Positions 37,368 through 48,211 of a DNA stretch of 64,000 bases are shown piece after piece; the stretch's first letter is position 1; every line of letters begins with the position of its first letter. Source of the stretch: Azolla caroliniana. Its lineage: Eukaryota; Plantae; Polypodiophyta. Position numbers and translations under genes: made by a program. The stretch spans positions 18,290,001-18,354,000 of the forward strand of contig JBHGNT010000010.1 of NCBI GenBank assembly GCA_043228905.1, written 5' to 3'. The notes under the pieces are model-generated. The model did not search any database. It was not told where the DNA came from and was given only the letters and a program-made list of their open reading frames with translations.

Positions 37368-40235
37368 CTATTGGATTGGCTGCCTTTCCGCATCTTGCTG
37401 CTCCGACTCTGCTTGTACCGGTGGTACCGGTGTTTCTTCTGTATCCTGTCCGGGTCTGTCCTGCTCTACCTCCGTTCCGTTCCCGGTATCGCTCTCTCCG
37501 GTTTCCACTGGTTGTGTCCTTTCCTCCCCGGATTCGGTACTTTCCTGTCTCCACTCTGCATCATCCCCGACATCAACCTGTTCTTGCTCCGGAAGTTCTT
37601 CCTCGAGTAATTCCTGTCGGGGTGCGTTGTCGGTTGGGTCCTCTTCAGCCGGTCGCTCGCCCTCACTGATGGAGATCGGCGTTGTGTGTCCCTCGGCTTC
37701 CTGTCGCAGTCGGTCCTTCTCGTACCCTTCCAATTCTAGTTGGGTTTCGAGCTGCCCGTCATCCAACCTCTCTACTAACCCTCGGATTTCCTTGAGATGC
37801 TCTTCTGCTAGAGCATAGAAATCCTCCGACAGTTCTTCCCGGATGTTGACGATACTTTCTTCGTCCATTTTATAGAACCCATCTCCGGTTTTCTTCCGAT
37901 TTTCTGCATCAGCTCGGAGTGTCTGCAGTTCAGCTGCCTGTTGTGCCCATTCCCTCCAGAGCTTCTCCGTGCTTTCATTTATGCTTGCCTGAGCTCGGGT
38001 ACTCCAACTTGACATGATGAACTTAATTCGGCCAACCCCTGCTTTAGCCTGTTCCGAAGCTGCTTGTTTTTCCTTCCTTATCCGTTTGATGATGTCGGCC
38101 ATTAACTGAGCTTGAGCTTCAGAGTCGGCTTTTTGCTTGTCACAGGTACTCCGCCATTTGTTGATTTCGAAAGTCGACTTCACTTTTTCCTCGTTCCTGC
38201 TCTTTGTCAGCTCCCCTACTTTCTGCCGAAGTACTTCCATCTCCTTTCTTTGTTCCGACGTCAAGGTCTTCTCCGTCGATACTTCCTCCCTTGCTTTGGA
38301 CAATTCCAAGCGGTTTTCCTTGAGCTGCTCTTTCAGCTTCTCTATCTGTCGGTCGTACGTTGCTGCCTGATTCTTGATGTCCGACGTGGCCTGTTTATAA
38401 TCCTTACATAGTCGGTCGAATTCCTCTGTCTTCTGTTTTAGGCGTCGGTTCGCCTGATCTCGCAACCGATCATCCCGGTCCTTTTGTTGTCGGAGTTCCT
38501 CTCGCAACCGCTCGATTTCCTGCTCCATTCGTCGGCGCAGCCTATCTTTTTCCTTTTGCAGCTTCCTGTTTTCTTCTTGTAGTCTGTCATTGGTGGCTTT
38601 GCTTCGGCGAAGGCCTTCCTCCATTCGCCGTCTGTCGTCTTCTACCAACTTCCGCTGCTCCCTTTCGTTATCTCTCAATGCCTCCTGAGCCTGTAATTCT
38701 TCTTTCAAAGTTGCTATTAACTTCTCGGTCTCAGGGCCGGTTTGCAAGGCCTTCTCCGTTTCTGGTTCGGCTTGCTTTTCTGATGTCCCGACCGGCTCGG
38801 TGCCATCTTGTGCTTGTCGGCTGCCTTCTTTTGCCTGTGCTAGGTCTTCTTGCAGCTCATGTAATTGTGCCCGGAGCATGACCATATCCTTAGTCGTCGT
38901 CCTAGTCACTTGTTCCCTTTGCTCCTCCTCTTTCTCCATCTGGTCTGCCACTCCCGACAACTGCCCTGACAACCACCTTAGCCATTGTGCCTTTGTTCTG
39001 CCTTCGTCGGTGTGAGCAGGCGTACCTAGCTCCGGCTGTTTTTCCGGCTGTTTCTTCGGCCTCTTCTCTTGCTCCGGCGCTTGTTCCTTTCTTTGTTCTT
39101 CGAACTCCGCCGCCGTCGGTTCCGGTACTGCCGTCTTTGGTGCAGACGGACCTTCATCCTGTGTCGCTTCTGTTCCGGTTACTGGTTCTTTCGCCCGTTG
39201 CTGAGTTCCGTCCGCTGTTGGGGTCGGTCTTGTCGCCCGTTTCTCCTTTCCTTGCATGGGTGGTAGTATTAACATCGGTTCGGATGAGTCTTCCTCTGTT
39301 TCAGCGTCCTCCGTCGGTGCGACTATCGGTTCCTTTACTGGTACCGGTTCCGATTCGAGCGTTACTGGTTCGGTGTCGGTTTGCCTCTTGCTGGTCTTCT
39401 TCGCCAGCTTCTCCTTGCTTTTTTCCGCCTGTTTCTTCTTCGTGGCCGGTTGCTGTTGCTGTTTCTTTGGCTGCCGTGATGGGCCTTCCTCCCGTTGCTG
39501 TCGGGAGGAGTCTTCTTCCCGCGGTTGTCGAGATGATCCTTCTTCCCGCGACTGTCGGGATGATCCTTCTTCCCGCGGTTGTCGGGATGATCCTTCTTCC
39601 CGTGGTTGTCGGGATGATCCTTCTTCCTGTGTCCATCCTGGAGTGTGTTTCTCTAGGATTCGTCGGCGCTTCATGGTTTGCTTCGGCGTAGTCTCCTGCC
39701 GACTTCTTTTCTTGTGCTTGATGGGGGACGCCGGTGGGACCAACACGGTTAACCATTGGGATATTCCGGCCCATGGCTTCTTCCCTTCCACCAAGTGCTT
39801 GATCGCCTCTTTCAGTCCTTCGGTAATAAAGTGGAGCCAGTCCACCTGCAGGCCTTCGAATGTCGCGATGACGATCGCTGCTCGGTATTTGGCTATGGCT
39901 GGCGGACGAGGGTTCACGAACCCATACTCCATTAGGGCGCGGGCCACCTCTCCGAACAGCAGGTTCTCTCCGCCCTGTGTGCGATACGCCTTGCTGCTGA
40001 GGGAATATTCGCCGAAATACTCGAAGAATATTTGGCTCGAGGGTAGCTCTATTGTCTGAAGTCCGCCCTCCGCAATCCCGGTGAGCGCTTGTACCGCTCC
40101 TTCGGTGACTTCTGCCAGGTCCACTGCTGTTGCCGCCTGCTCTGGTTCCTTGTGTGGCGGAGCGTCGGCGACCCGCAGCAGCCCTCCTAATCCGTTCTCC
40201 ATCAGCCATTGTCGCGCTTCTTCCGACAGTGCCAT
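37368..40235 (-). CDS. Gypsy accessory ORF, ~955 aa (ORF track extends to 40445), long coiled coil, function unknown
   Basis: Uninterrupted ORF between integrase and the 3' LTR, same strand as pol; globular-looking N-terminus, (QPREEGSSR)x5 repeats, E/K/R/Q-rich heptad region; no obvious transmembrane helix. Confidence 0.8.
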   Translation of the reverse strand: MALSEEARQWLMENGLGGLLRVADAPPHKEPEQAATAVDLAEVTEGAVQALTGIAEGGLQTIELPSSQIFFEYFGEYSLSSKAYRTQGGENLLFGEVARALMEYGFVNPRPPAIAKYRAAIVIATFEGLQVDWLHFITEGLKEAIKHLVEGKKPWAGISQWLTVLVPPASPIKHKKRSRQETTPKQTMKRRRILEKHTPGWTQEEGSSRQPREEGSSRQPREEGSSRQSREEGSSRQPREEDSSRQQREEGPSRQPKKQQQQPATKKKQAEKSKEKLAKKTSKRQTDTEPVTLESEPVPVKEPIVAPTEDAETEEDSSEPMLILPPMQGKEKRATRPTPTADGTQQRAKEPVTGTEATQDEGPSAPKTAVPEPTAAEFEEQRKEQAPEQEKRPKKQPEKQPELGTPAHTDEGRTKAQWLRWLSGQLSGVADQMEKEEEQREQVTRTTTKDMVMLRAQLHELQEDLAQAKEGSRQAQDGTEPVGTSEKQAEPETEKALQTGPETEKLIATLKEELQAQEALRDNEREQRKLVEDDRRRMEEGLRRSKATNDRLQEENRKLQKEKDRLRRRMEQEIERLREELRQQKDRDDRLRDQANRRLKQKTEEFDRLCKDYKQATSDIKNQAATYDRQIEKLKEQLKENRLELSKAREEVSTEKTLTSEQRKEMEVLRQKVGELTKSRNEEKVKSTFEINKWRSTCDKQKADSEAQAQLMADIIKRIRKEKQAASEQAKAGVGRIKFIMSSWSTRAQASINESTEKLWREWAQQAAELQTLRADAENRKKTGDGFYKMDEESIVNIREELSEDFYALAEEHLKEIRGLVERLDDGQLETQLELEGYEKDRLRQEAEGHTTPISISEGERPAEEDPTDNAPRQELLEEELPEQEQVDVGDDAEWRQESTESGEERTQPVETGESDTGNGTEVEQDRPGQDTEETPVPPVQAESEQQDAERQPIQ

Positions 40236-40790
40236 CGCTTCTGCTTCCTCTGCTGCTGCCTGTGGTCTGAGGTCGGGGTGTGGGTGTTCTGCGCGTCGGA
40301 TCTCGCTGTCTTGAGCCTGCGTTTGCTTGTGGGAAAATTCGTAAAAAGTGAACCCTTCTCCGGTTTTTCCTTTATATAGTGGCGTTTCCCTCGAGCCGCC
40401 TTTTCCTGTTTTTCGCGCGTGCGTATCTTCTGCCATAATTAGCATGTCACTCTTTAATTTTTGGCGCCTGCACGTCCTCTGCCTCGAATAGCATGTCCTA
40501 TTTTTGGCGCCTGCGCATGCTCTGTCATGAATAGCATGTCTGTCCTTTGCTGCCGCGTGTCATGCTTGCGCTTCTTTGCCGCGTGTGTCGAATCTCCTAC
40601 GTGTCTGTCATTATGACTCCTTGATTGCCGCGCGTGTTAAATCTTGTACATCGGCCCCCCACGTTCTGTGCTTTAAATAGCTCGTGCACCCGTGTGACGG
40701 TTGTAACTACTTCCTTCATCATTACCTTGCCTTGATTTTCTTGATCCTCTTTTTTTTTTTTTTTTTTTTTTTGTTCACCCATGTGCCGCA

Positions 40791-42744
40791 TCATTGTTCG
40801 GTTCCCCTCGATGTGTTCGGGTCGGTGCGTACTGTTGTCGGTTCCTCGTTGTTCCGCCTCGGTGTCGGCTCCTCGGTCCTCCGGATCTGTGTTGGTTCCT
40901 CGCCATTCAGGATGTCCGAGTCTTGCTTGAAGGGGTTAGCTGGCATGTGCCCCTTATACGGTTTTAGGCGAAACCCATTTGCCCATTTGCCCACAACTTC
41001 TCCTGACAACGTCCCGAGCTGGTAAGACCCATTGTACTCCTTTGTGATCCAGAATGGTCCGGTCCATCGAAATCGCAATTTCCCCGGCATGTTCCCCATC
41101 CGTGTCTGGAACAGCAATACTGGTTTCCCGACTTCGAATTCCTTTTCGTTACCGCGCTGGTGTCGGTCTACAAAGGCTTTCCTCCTCTTTTGCTCTAGTT
41201 CTAGCTGTAGCAGGCTGGCTATTCGATTTTCTTCCAGTTCCAACAGCATCGCCAGCCGGATTCGTTCGGATTCCTTCTCGCTTAACCGCTCCTTAACCTG
41301 TATTCTTAAGCTAGGAATTTGGAATTCTACTGGCATGACTGCTTCCAAGCCGAATGCCAGTCGGAACGGGGTCGTCCGGATGCTAGTCTTGTACGCCGTT
41401 CGGTACGCCCACAGCACGCTCTGCAACTTCGTGTCCCAGTCGGTCCGGTTCTCATTGACGATTTTTCTAAGGATGTTCTGTAGCGTTTTGTTCGTTGATT
41501 CCGCTAATCCGTTGGCTTGAGGGTAGTAGGGAGTGCTTCGTTTTTTGTACTACCGCATAGAATGATGTCAAACTTTCCACCACCTGCCCGAGGAAATGTC
41601 CTCCCTGGTCACTGATCAGCTCAATCGGGCATCCGTACCGACACCATATGCATTCGTATAAAAATTTGGCCGTGGACGCCGCCGTGTTGTCCCGTAATGC
41701 CTTTGCTTCTACCCATTTCGTGCAGTAGTCGGTAGCCACTATTATATACCGATTTCCGGTCCGCATTGCCGGTGGCTTGAATGGACCGACAAAGTCCAAG
41801 CCCCACTTTTGGAATGGTTCTAATGGCAAGACCGGGTGATGTGGCATCCGGGCCTGCTCCGTGGGTTGGCCCAGTCGTTGACACAGGTCGCATTCCCTGC
41901 TATACTTAACGGCATCTCTCATGGTAGTCGGCCACCATAGTCCGCTCTGCCATATCTTCCGGGCTGTTGTTTCGCCGACATAATGCCCGCCTGCAATTCC
42001 ACAGTGGGCTTCCCTCAGGATCAGATCCTTTTCATCGCTCCGCACTGCTCGCCTCCATACGCCATCTGCTCCCTTGTGATAGAGGGTGTCTCCTACCAAG
42101 CAGAAATGTCTGCTCCGTACTGCCATCCTTTTCCGTTCGTCTCGGTCCAGGTTTTCCGGGGGAACTCCGGTGCTCAGGAACTGATGCATTTCGGTTAACC
42201 ATTTGTCTTCGTCCACTACTGTGGCCTCCGTTGCCGGTGCCGTCGTGACCCTAAACAGCTCGGCGTCGGGAAATTCGTCCTGTACGCCGTCCCCTGATTC
42301 TCCGGATTCTAGTCTGCTCAGGTAGTCTGCTACCGCATGCTGCACCCCGGGTCGGTGGAAAATATCGAATTCGAATTCCTGTAATAGCAACGTCCATCGT
42401 GCGAGTTTTCCTGTCAGGGCTGCCTTTGAGACCAGGTAGAGTAGTGCCGAGTGGTCAACGTGGAAGGAGAACTTTCGTCCGAGCAGATAGTGCCTGTACT
42501 TTGTGACACTGTACACCATTCCTAATGCCTCTCGTTCCGTTGTAGAGTAGTTCCGTTCGGCTTTCGAGAGTTTCCTGCTTGCGTAGTACACCGGCCGATA
42601 CCATTTCGGTTCCGTGAGTTGCATCAAAACGCTGCCGATTGCTACGTCCGACGCGTCGACGAAGATGTGAAAGCTTTTACTCCAGTCCGGCGGCTGCACC
42701 ACCGGAGCTTGTGACAGCATGACCTTCAACGCTTGGTAGGCTTT
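40791..42744 (-). CDS. Gypsy pol, RNase H and integrase part (one frameshift near 41540)
   Basis: FVDASDVAIG, YSTTEREAL, HVDHSAL, HHCC zinc finger (H..GGH...CDLCQ), WGLDFVGP, ISDQG, GPY/F-like RWTGPF; ORFs 41467-42756 and 40791-41426 lie in different frames. Confidence 0.9.
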
Positions 42745-45700
42745 TGTTGGAGACAAGGTCGTCTGTGCGGAAGATCAAGTAGCATTTGATTGTGTTCTGA
42801 ATACCTGCGTATGACAGTTTGTAGGTCGTTGCACAGAGAGAGAGAGAGAGAGAGAGACAGAGAGGCACAAAAGACTCCTTATTCCATAAAGCAATAATAC
42901 AACACCCAACCTTACAAAAAGGTTACAAGGTCACTATATATAGTGACCGACTTAGGGCAACTACCCTTTATGCTAATTACATAAATGGCCAAAACGGGAT
43001 AGTGTGAATACGTCCATTATACACATGTATTCGACACTCCCCTGTAATGGGCGTATACATGGGTTATCTAAGATTACAGGTATAGACTTAGGTTCTCAGA
43101 CATATCAGCTTTGTTCGAGTCGGCAGGGTCCGAAGGCAGAAGACCGAACTGGTCGGGTCGGAACAGTTGAAGCCGATCATTAAGGAACTGATGTCGGTTG
43201 TCGGGAACCATCCTGCTCTGTGTCCGGCTCTAACCGGACTGGTTTGTCGTTACGCCCATCTGATGCCGAAGAGACCGAAAACGGTCTGCCGAAAGACACT
43301 TGGTCATTCCATCTTCGACATTGTCGGTTGTGGATATTTTCTCTAGACCGATTTTCCCTGAAATGACGCAGTCCCGAACGAAGTGATATCGAACGTCGAT
43401 ATGTTTGGAGGCGTTGTGGTGAACCGGATTTTTCGACAAGGCAACAGCACCTTGACTGTCGCTGTAGACAACTGGAGCCGAGTCATGGTCGACTTGTCGA
43501 AACGTGTGCGCCAGCCGACCGAGCCACAAAGCTTCTTTTGCTGCGTCGGACGCAGCTACATATTCTGCTTCGGTCGTTGAGGTCGCTGTGCACTCCTGAA
43601 GTTTCGACTTCCACGAGATTGCTCCATTGCCGAATTTGAAGCAGTATCTGGTTGTTGATTTCCGACTGTCTATACAGCCGGCGAAGTCCGAGTCGGTGTA
43701 ACCGACTACGCCTGAGGTTCGGTTCGGACCGAAAAGAATGCCGTGGTCTTTTGTGCCAGCCAGATATCTAAACACATGCTTGACTGCGTTCCAATGCGAT
43801 CGGCCAGGATTGTGCATAAATCTGCTAACGACTCCTACGGCGTGAGAAATATCAGGCCGTGTCGCGACCATCAGGTACATAAGGGAGCCGACTGCCGGTG
43901 CATACGGTACCGACTTCATATCTTCCCCCTCCGGACCGGATGTCGGGCAGTCTCGCTGAGAGAGCCGAAGATTCATGGGGAGCGAGGTTGAAGCAGATTT
44001 GGCTGATTGCATGTTGAAGCGTTCTAAGACACGTCGGATATAGTCGGTCTGAGACAAAAAAAGATGTCGTTTATCGCGATGCCGACTAATCTTCATGCCA
44101 AGGATGTGTCGTGCCGGACCGAGGTCCTTCATGGCAAACTTCAACCGCAGTTGCCGAATGAGATCGGCAAGTTCGCCCGCGTGGCGTCCAGAAATTAGCA
44201 TGTCGTCCACGTAAATGATGAGGAAGATGGGTGATCCATCTTGAGCTGTGTTGGTAAAGAGACAATGGTCCTCATCGCTTTTTGAGAAGCCGATCGATTG
44301 GATGAAGTCGTCGAACTTCTTGTACCATTGTCGCGGTGCCTGTTTGAGGCCGTATAGACTCTTCCTGAGTCGGCAGACTAGATGTTCTTGGCCAGTTGCC
44401 ACGAAGCCTTTTGGCTGCTCCATATAAATTTCCTCTTCAAGATCACCATGGAGGAATGCTGTTTTGACATCTAGCTGAATCAGCTCCAAGTTGTCGGCTG
44501 CCACTACGCCGAGTAGAAAACGGAGGGTTGTCATTTTCACCACTGGTGAAAAAATCTCGTCGAAGTCGACGCCATATTCTTGTCGGAAGCCCTTCGCAAC
44601 TAATCTGGCCTTGTACTTTGGGGTGGTCGAATCAGACGTCTCTTTTAGTCGATAAACCCACTTGCAAGGAAGAGCACGTCGGTTCCTAGGTAATTCAACC
44701 AGATCCCAAGTCTTGTTTGCCCGAATGGAGTGCATTTCCGACTCCATCGCCAGGTGCCAGGTGGCTGAATCGACAGATGTCGATGCTTCTTCGTAAGACG
44801 TCGGTTCGCCGGCGTCGGTGAAGAAAATTCCAGGAGAATACCTCTCCGGAGGTTGCGACAGTCTCTCGGATCGTCGAGGTAAGATTGGACTGGTCGCATC
44901 GGGTATCAAGGTCGGATGGTCCGAAAGCGGATTGTTCTGCTGTGCCGAGTCGGGGTTGTCCGAGTCGGTAGTGTAAGGTTCAGCTACCCGTGAAGCTGAC
45001 CGTGTGTTGAGAGCGGGGCCTTCTTGAAGGGTCGGCACATCGGAAAATGTTACCCTTCGGACTTCGATCGGTTTTTCGACTGATGGATTCATAGCCGACT
45101 CGTTGAACACAACGTCCGAACTTCGAACGATTTGTCTGCGTTCGGGGTCCCAGAGTCGGTATCCCATTTCGCCGTCGGATCCATATCCAAGGAAAATGCA
45201 TTTCCTGGACCGAGGTGCAAGTTTTCGGCGATCATCTTTCGGAATAAGGGCGTACGCCTCGCATCCGAAGATCCTCAGCTTGTCGTAATTCGGCTTACTG
45301 CCGATCCATAGTTCCTGAGGAATTTGAAGTCCTAGAGGTCTACTTGGCGACATATTGATTATGTGTACTGCCGTGAGTAGAGCCTCTGCCCAGAAGCCAT
45401 CCGACAGTCCGGAGTGTTGGAGCATGGAAACTGTCCGTTCTTGGATTGTCCGATTCATGCGTTCGGCAATCCCGTTTTGCTCCGGACTGTGTGGTGCCGT
45501 AAATTCACGTCGGATGCCGCGTTGTCGGCAGAATTTGACGAATTCTTCGGATTTAAACTCTCCCCCATTGTCTGTCCGAAAGCATTTCAGCTTTCGGTCG
45601 GTTTGATTTTCTACCATAGCGAGCCAATCGGTGAAGATCGAGAAGACCCGATCTTTGGTGCGAATTGGATAAGCCCACACCTTTCGAGTCGAATCGTCAA

Positions 45701-48206
45701 TAAAAGTGACGAAGTAAGAGGCACCGCCGAGAGACTGATGCGGCATTGGGCCACAGACGTCCGAGTGGACCAAATCAAGAGGTCTCGTTTCTCTTGGTGC
45801 TGATGTCGGGTGTGATGCGGCTGCTTGTTTGCCATACTGGCAATGCTCGCAGAATTGATGGTCCGAGAAGGAGAGTTTGGGGATGTATCCGGCTCTAGAT
45901 AGGTGCGTGATGCCGGCCTTGCTGAGGTGTCCTAATCTTCGGTGCCATAGTGATGACACAGGAATATCCACCAAAAACAGGTTACCCTCTCTGAGCGTAA
46001 CATGTAACGGATACAATGAGTGTATCTTGGGTCCTCTAGCAAGCAGGAGGTTCCCCCTGTGGAGTGTCCACCCTCCCGAAGAAAAACCGGCACGAATGCC
46101 GTCTTCATCTAGTTGTCCGACCGAGATCAATGGCCTTGAGAGCTCGGGTACATGTCGGACATTGTGGAGTACAAGTGTAGAGCCACCTGCAAGGTTGAGC
46201 TCTACTGTGCCGATTCCGATGATGTCACAGTGTTGTGAGTTGCCGACTCGAACTGAGTCGGAGTGACGGATCGTATATTGCCGAAATTGGGATCGATGAG
46301 GAGTCACGTGAAATGACGCGCCCGAATCTAAGAGCCATGTGCTCGATTCTTCAGTCGTGAGTAGAACTTCTGATCCGACTGGATTTTCGATTGATAGTAT
46401 ATTCGGGTCGTCCGGTAGTACATCAGCTGAGAAGCTGACGTAATTGATCTCCTCATGCCGGCCACTCTTCTTGTTGTTCTTGTTCTTGAGTGCGCGGCAG
46501 TCGGCTTTGATGTGTCCGGGTTTCTTGCAATAGTTGCAGATTCGGTTATCCCGTGACTGGCTCCGTCTTCGCTGATTGTTCGGCGGCCGTGAGGAATCTC
46601 TTCCTCGTATGTTCGATCGGTCTGTCGAACCTTGTACTACGTAAGCGTCGTCTGTTGAGTCTTTGGCGAAAGACTTTCTCCGAGCTGCTTCGGTCAGTAT
46701 TGCGCTCGTGACTTCGGAGTATTTAACAGCCGTGGTTGACGCTTTGCACACGGTTGTGACGAAAGTTTCCCATGATGAGGGAAGGCTGCTCATGAGTATC
46801 ATTGCTCTGAGTTCATCCTCGATTGCCGTCCCCTGTGACGAGATTTGGGAGCTTATGCTTTCGTACTCATTGAGGTGTGCTTGGACCGAATCGGATTCTT
46901 TCATCCGCAAGTTGTAGAGGCGCCGGATCAGAAACATCTTCGTTGCGGCGACCTTCTTTTCGTAAGTGTCCGACAGTGTTTTCCACAGTTCGAATGCTGT
47001 CGTACACGATTGCACCGTAAAGTATACCGATTCCGATAGGTGCATCCGAATCGTGGCGCGGACGATTCTGTCCAGCTTCTGCCACTCAATTGGTTTGTAT
47101 CCTTCTGGAGGTTCTTCATTTTCGATGGGGTCGATTTGCCCCTTGACTATGAGATAGTCCTGCATTTGTTCCTTCCAGAAGTTGAAGTTCGATCCATCGA
47201 ACTTTTGTAGACTCATTTCTGACGAGCCGGATGTTGATGCCATCAAATTTGGTTTCGGTTGACGAAGCTCTGTTCGGAGTTGACTACGAACCTTGTTGGA
47301 GTGCAGCCGGTTGGCTCACCCGATATCGTTCTAGTCGGATTTGAACCCGAGTCGGTTCGGCTTCGGAACTTGCTCGAATTGACTCCGGTAGCTTGAGGGA
47401 CAGAACCGACTGGTCTTCCCGAATGTTGCCGAGTCGGAGTGAGCCCGGTTCGCTTCGGATATATATGCCGAATACCGATTATTGAAACCGATTATCTGGA
47501 CCGATTCGGCTTCGGGTGACTGCAGCGACGAGAGAGATGGATCCAACTGATCCTCTCGAATGTCGATCAGCCGGATGAAGCACGAATTGGGGTTGTTGTC
47601 TTGAGACCGATCTGCACCGAGTGGTTACAATGAGCGGCGAGCAGCGTTTGATGACCTCTTCGGATGCCGTTTAACCGAATGGAGCACGATCGTGTCAAAG
47701 TTGCACAAGGGGATTTCACCTCGAGCGGTTACGATCACAAGGAACGGAGTACAACCTGCTGGCTTACTCCAAGCAAAGATGATCTAACGCGATGAGATGT
47801 AGGCCTCGTTTTTCTTCTTCTTCTCTCTTCTTCGAATGACGCAGGAAACCGAATGCTGAGACGACGGCCGACAGCGGATTGAAGGACCGACTACTGTGCA
47901 GGCTCTGATACCAGATGTTGGAGACAAAGGTCGTCTGTGCGGAAGATCAAGTAGCATTTGATTGTGTTCTGAATACCTGCGTATGACAGTTTGTAGGTCG
48001 TTGCACAGAGAGAGAGACAGAGAGAGACAGAGAGGCACAAAAGACTCCTTATTCCATAAAGCAATAATACAACACCCAACCTTACAAAAAGGTTACAAGG
48101 TCACTATATATAGTGACCGACTTAGGGCAACTACCCTTTATGCTAATTACATAAATGGCCAAAACGGGATAGTGTGAATACGTCCATTATACACATGTAT
48201 TCGACA
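42745..48206 (-). mobile_element. Young full-length Ty1/Copia element inserted in the Gypsy pol
   Basis: LTRs 42745-43036 and 47916-48206 differ only by a 1-nt indel and (AG)n variation; TSD GCTTT (42740-42744 / 48207-48211); PBS TGGTATCAGAGC 47913-47902; PPT GGGGAG 43042-43037. Confidence 0.98.
43230..47246 (-). CDS. Copia gag-pol polyprotein, uninterrupted, 1338 aa
   Basis: Zinc knuckle CNYCKKPGHIKADC, protease WLLDSGAS, integrase HSDVCGP/RTDNGGEF/QNGIAER, RT YKARLVAKG..LYGLKQA..YVDDML, RNase H YTDSDFA..EAEYVA..KHIDVRYH. Confidence 0.97.
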   Translation of the reverse strand: MMASTSGSSEMSLQKFDGSNFNFWKEQMQDYLIVKGQIDPIENEEPPEGYKPIEWQKLDRIVRATIRMHLSESVYFTVQSCTTAFELWKTLSDTYEKKVAATKMFLIRRLYNLRMKESDSVQAHLNEYESISSQISSQGTAIEDELRAMILMSSLPSSWETFVTTVCKASTTAVKYSEVTSAILTEAARRKSFAKDSTDDAYVVQGSTDRSNIRGRDSSRPPNNQRRRSQSRDNRICNYCKKPGHIKADCRALKNKNNKKSGRHEEINYVSFSADVLPDDPNILSIENPVGSEVLLTTEESSTWLLDSGASFHVTPHRSQFRQYTIRHSDSVRVGNSQHCDIIGIGTVELNLAGGSTLVLHNVRHVPELSRPLISVGQLDEDGIRAGFSSGGWTLHRGNLLLARGPKIHSLYPLHVTLREGNLFLVDIPVSSLWHRRLGHLSKAGITHLSRAGYIPKLSFSDHQFCEHCQYGKQAAASHPTSAPRETRPLDLVHSDVCGPMPHQSLGGASYFVTFIDDSTRKVWAYPIRTKDRVFSIFTDWLAMVENQTDRKLKCFRTDNGGEFKSEEFVKFCRQRGIRREFTAPHSPEQNGIAERMNRTIQERTVSMLQHSGLSDGFWAEALLTAVHIINMSPSRPLGLQIPQELWIGSKPNYDKLRIFGCEAYALIPKDDRRKLAPRSRKCIFLGYGSDGEMGYRLWDPERRQIVRSSDVVFNESAMNPSVEKPIEVRRVTFSDVPTLQEGPALNTRSASRVAEPYTTDSDNPDSAQQNNPLSDHPTLIPDATSPILPRRSERLSQPPERYSPGIFFTDAGEPTSYEEASTSVDSATWHLAMESEMHSIRANKTWDLVELPRNRRALPCKWVYRLKETSDSTTPKYKARLVAKGFRQEYGVDFDEIFSPVVKMTTLRFLLGVVAADNLELIQLDVKTAFLHGDLEEEIYMEQPKGFVATGQEHLVCRLRKSLYGLKQAPRQWYKKFDDFIQSIGFSKSDEDHCLFTNTAQDGSPIFLIIYVDDMLISGRHAGELADLIRQLRLKFAMKDLGPARHILGMKISRHRDKRHLFLSQTDYIRRVLERFNMQSAKSASTSLPMNLRLSQRDCPTSGPEGEDMKSVPYAPAVGSLMYLMVATRPDISHAVGVVSRFMHNPGRSHWNAVKHVFRYLAGTKDHGILFGPNRTSGVVGYTDSDFAGCIDSRKSTTRYCFKFGNGAISWKSKLQECTATSTTEAEYVAASDAAKEALWLGRLAHTFRQVDHDSAPVVYSDSQGAVALSKNPVHHNASKHIDVRYHFVRDCVISGKIGLEKISTTDNVEDGMTKCLSADRFRSLRHQMGVTTNQSG

Positions 48207-48211
48207 GCTTT

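Noticed and set aside
37368-40445. Retroviral-type envelope gene
   Set aside because: No signal peptide or transmembrane anchor visible; the protein is highly charged coiled coil.
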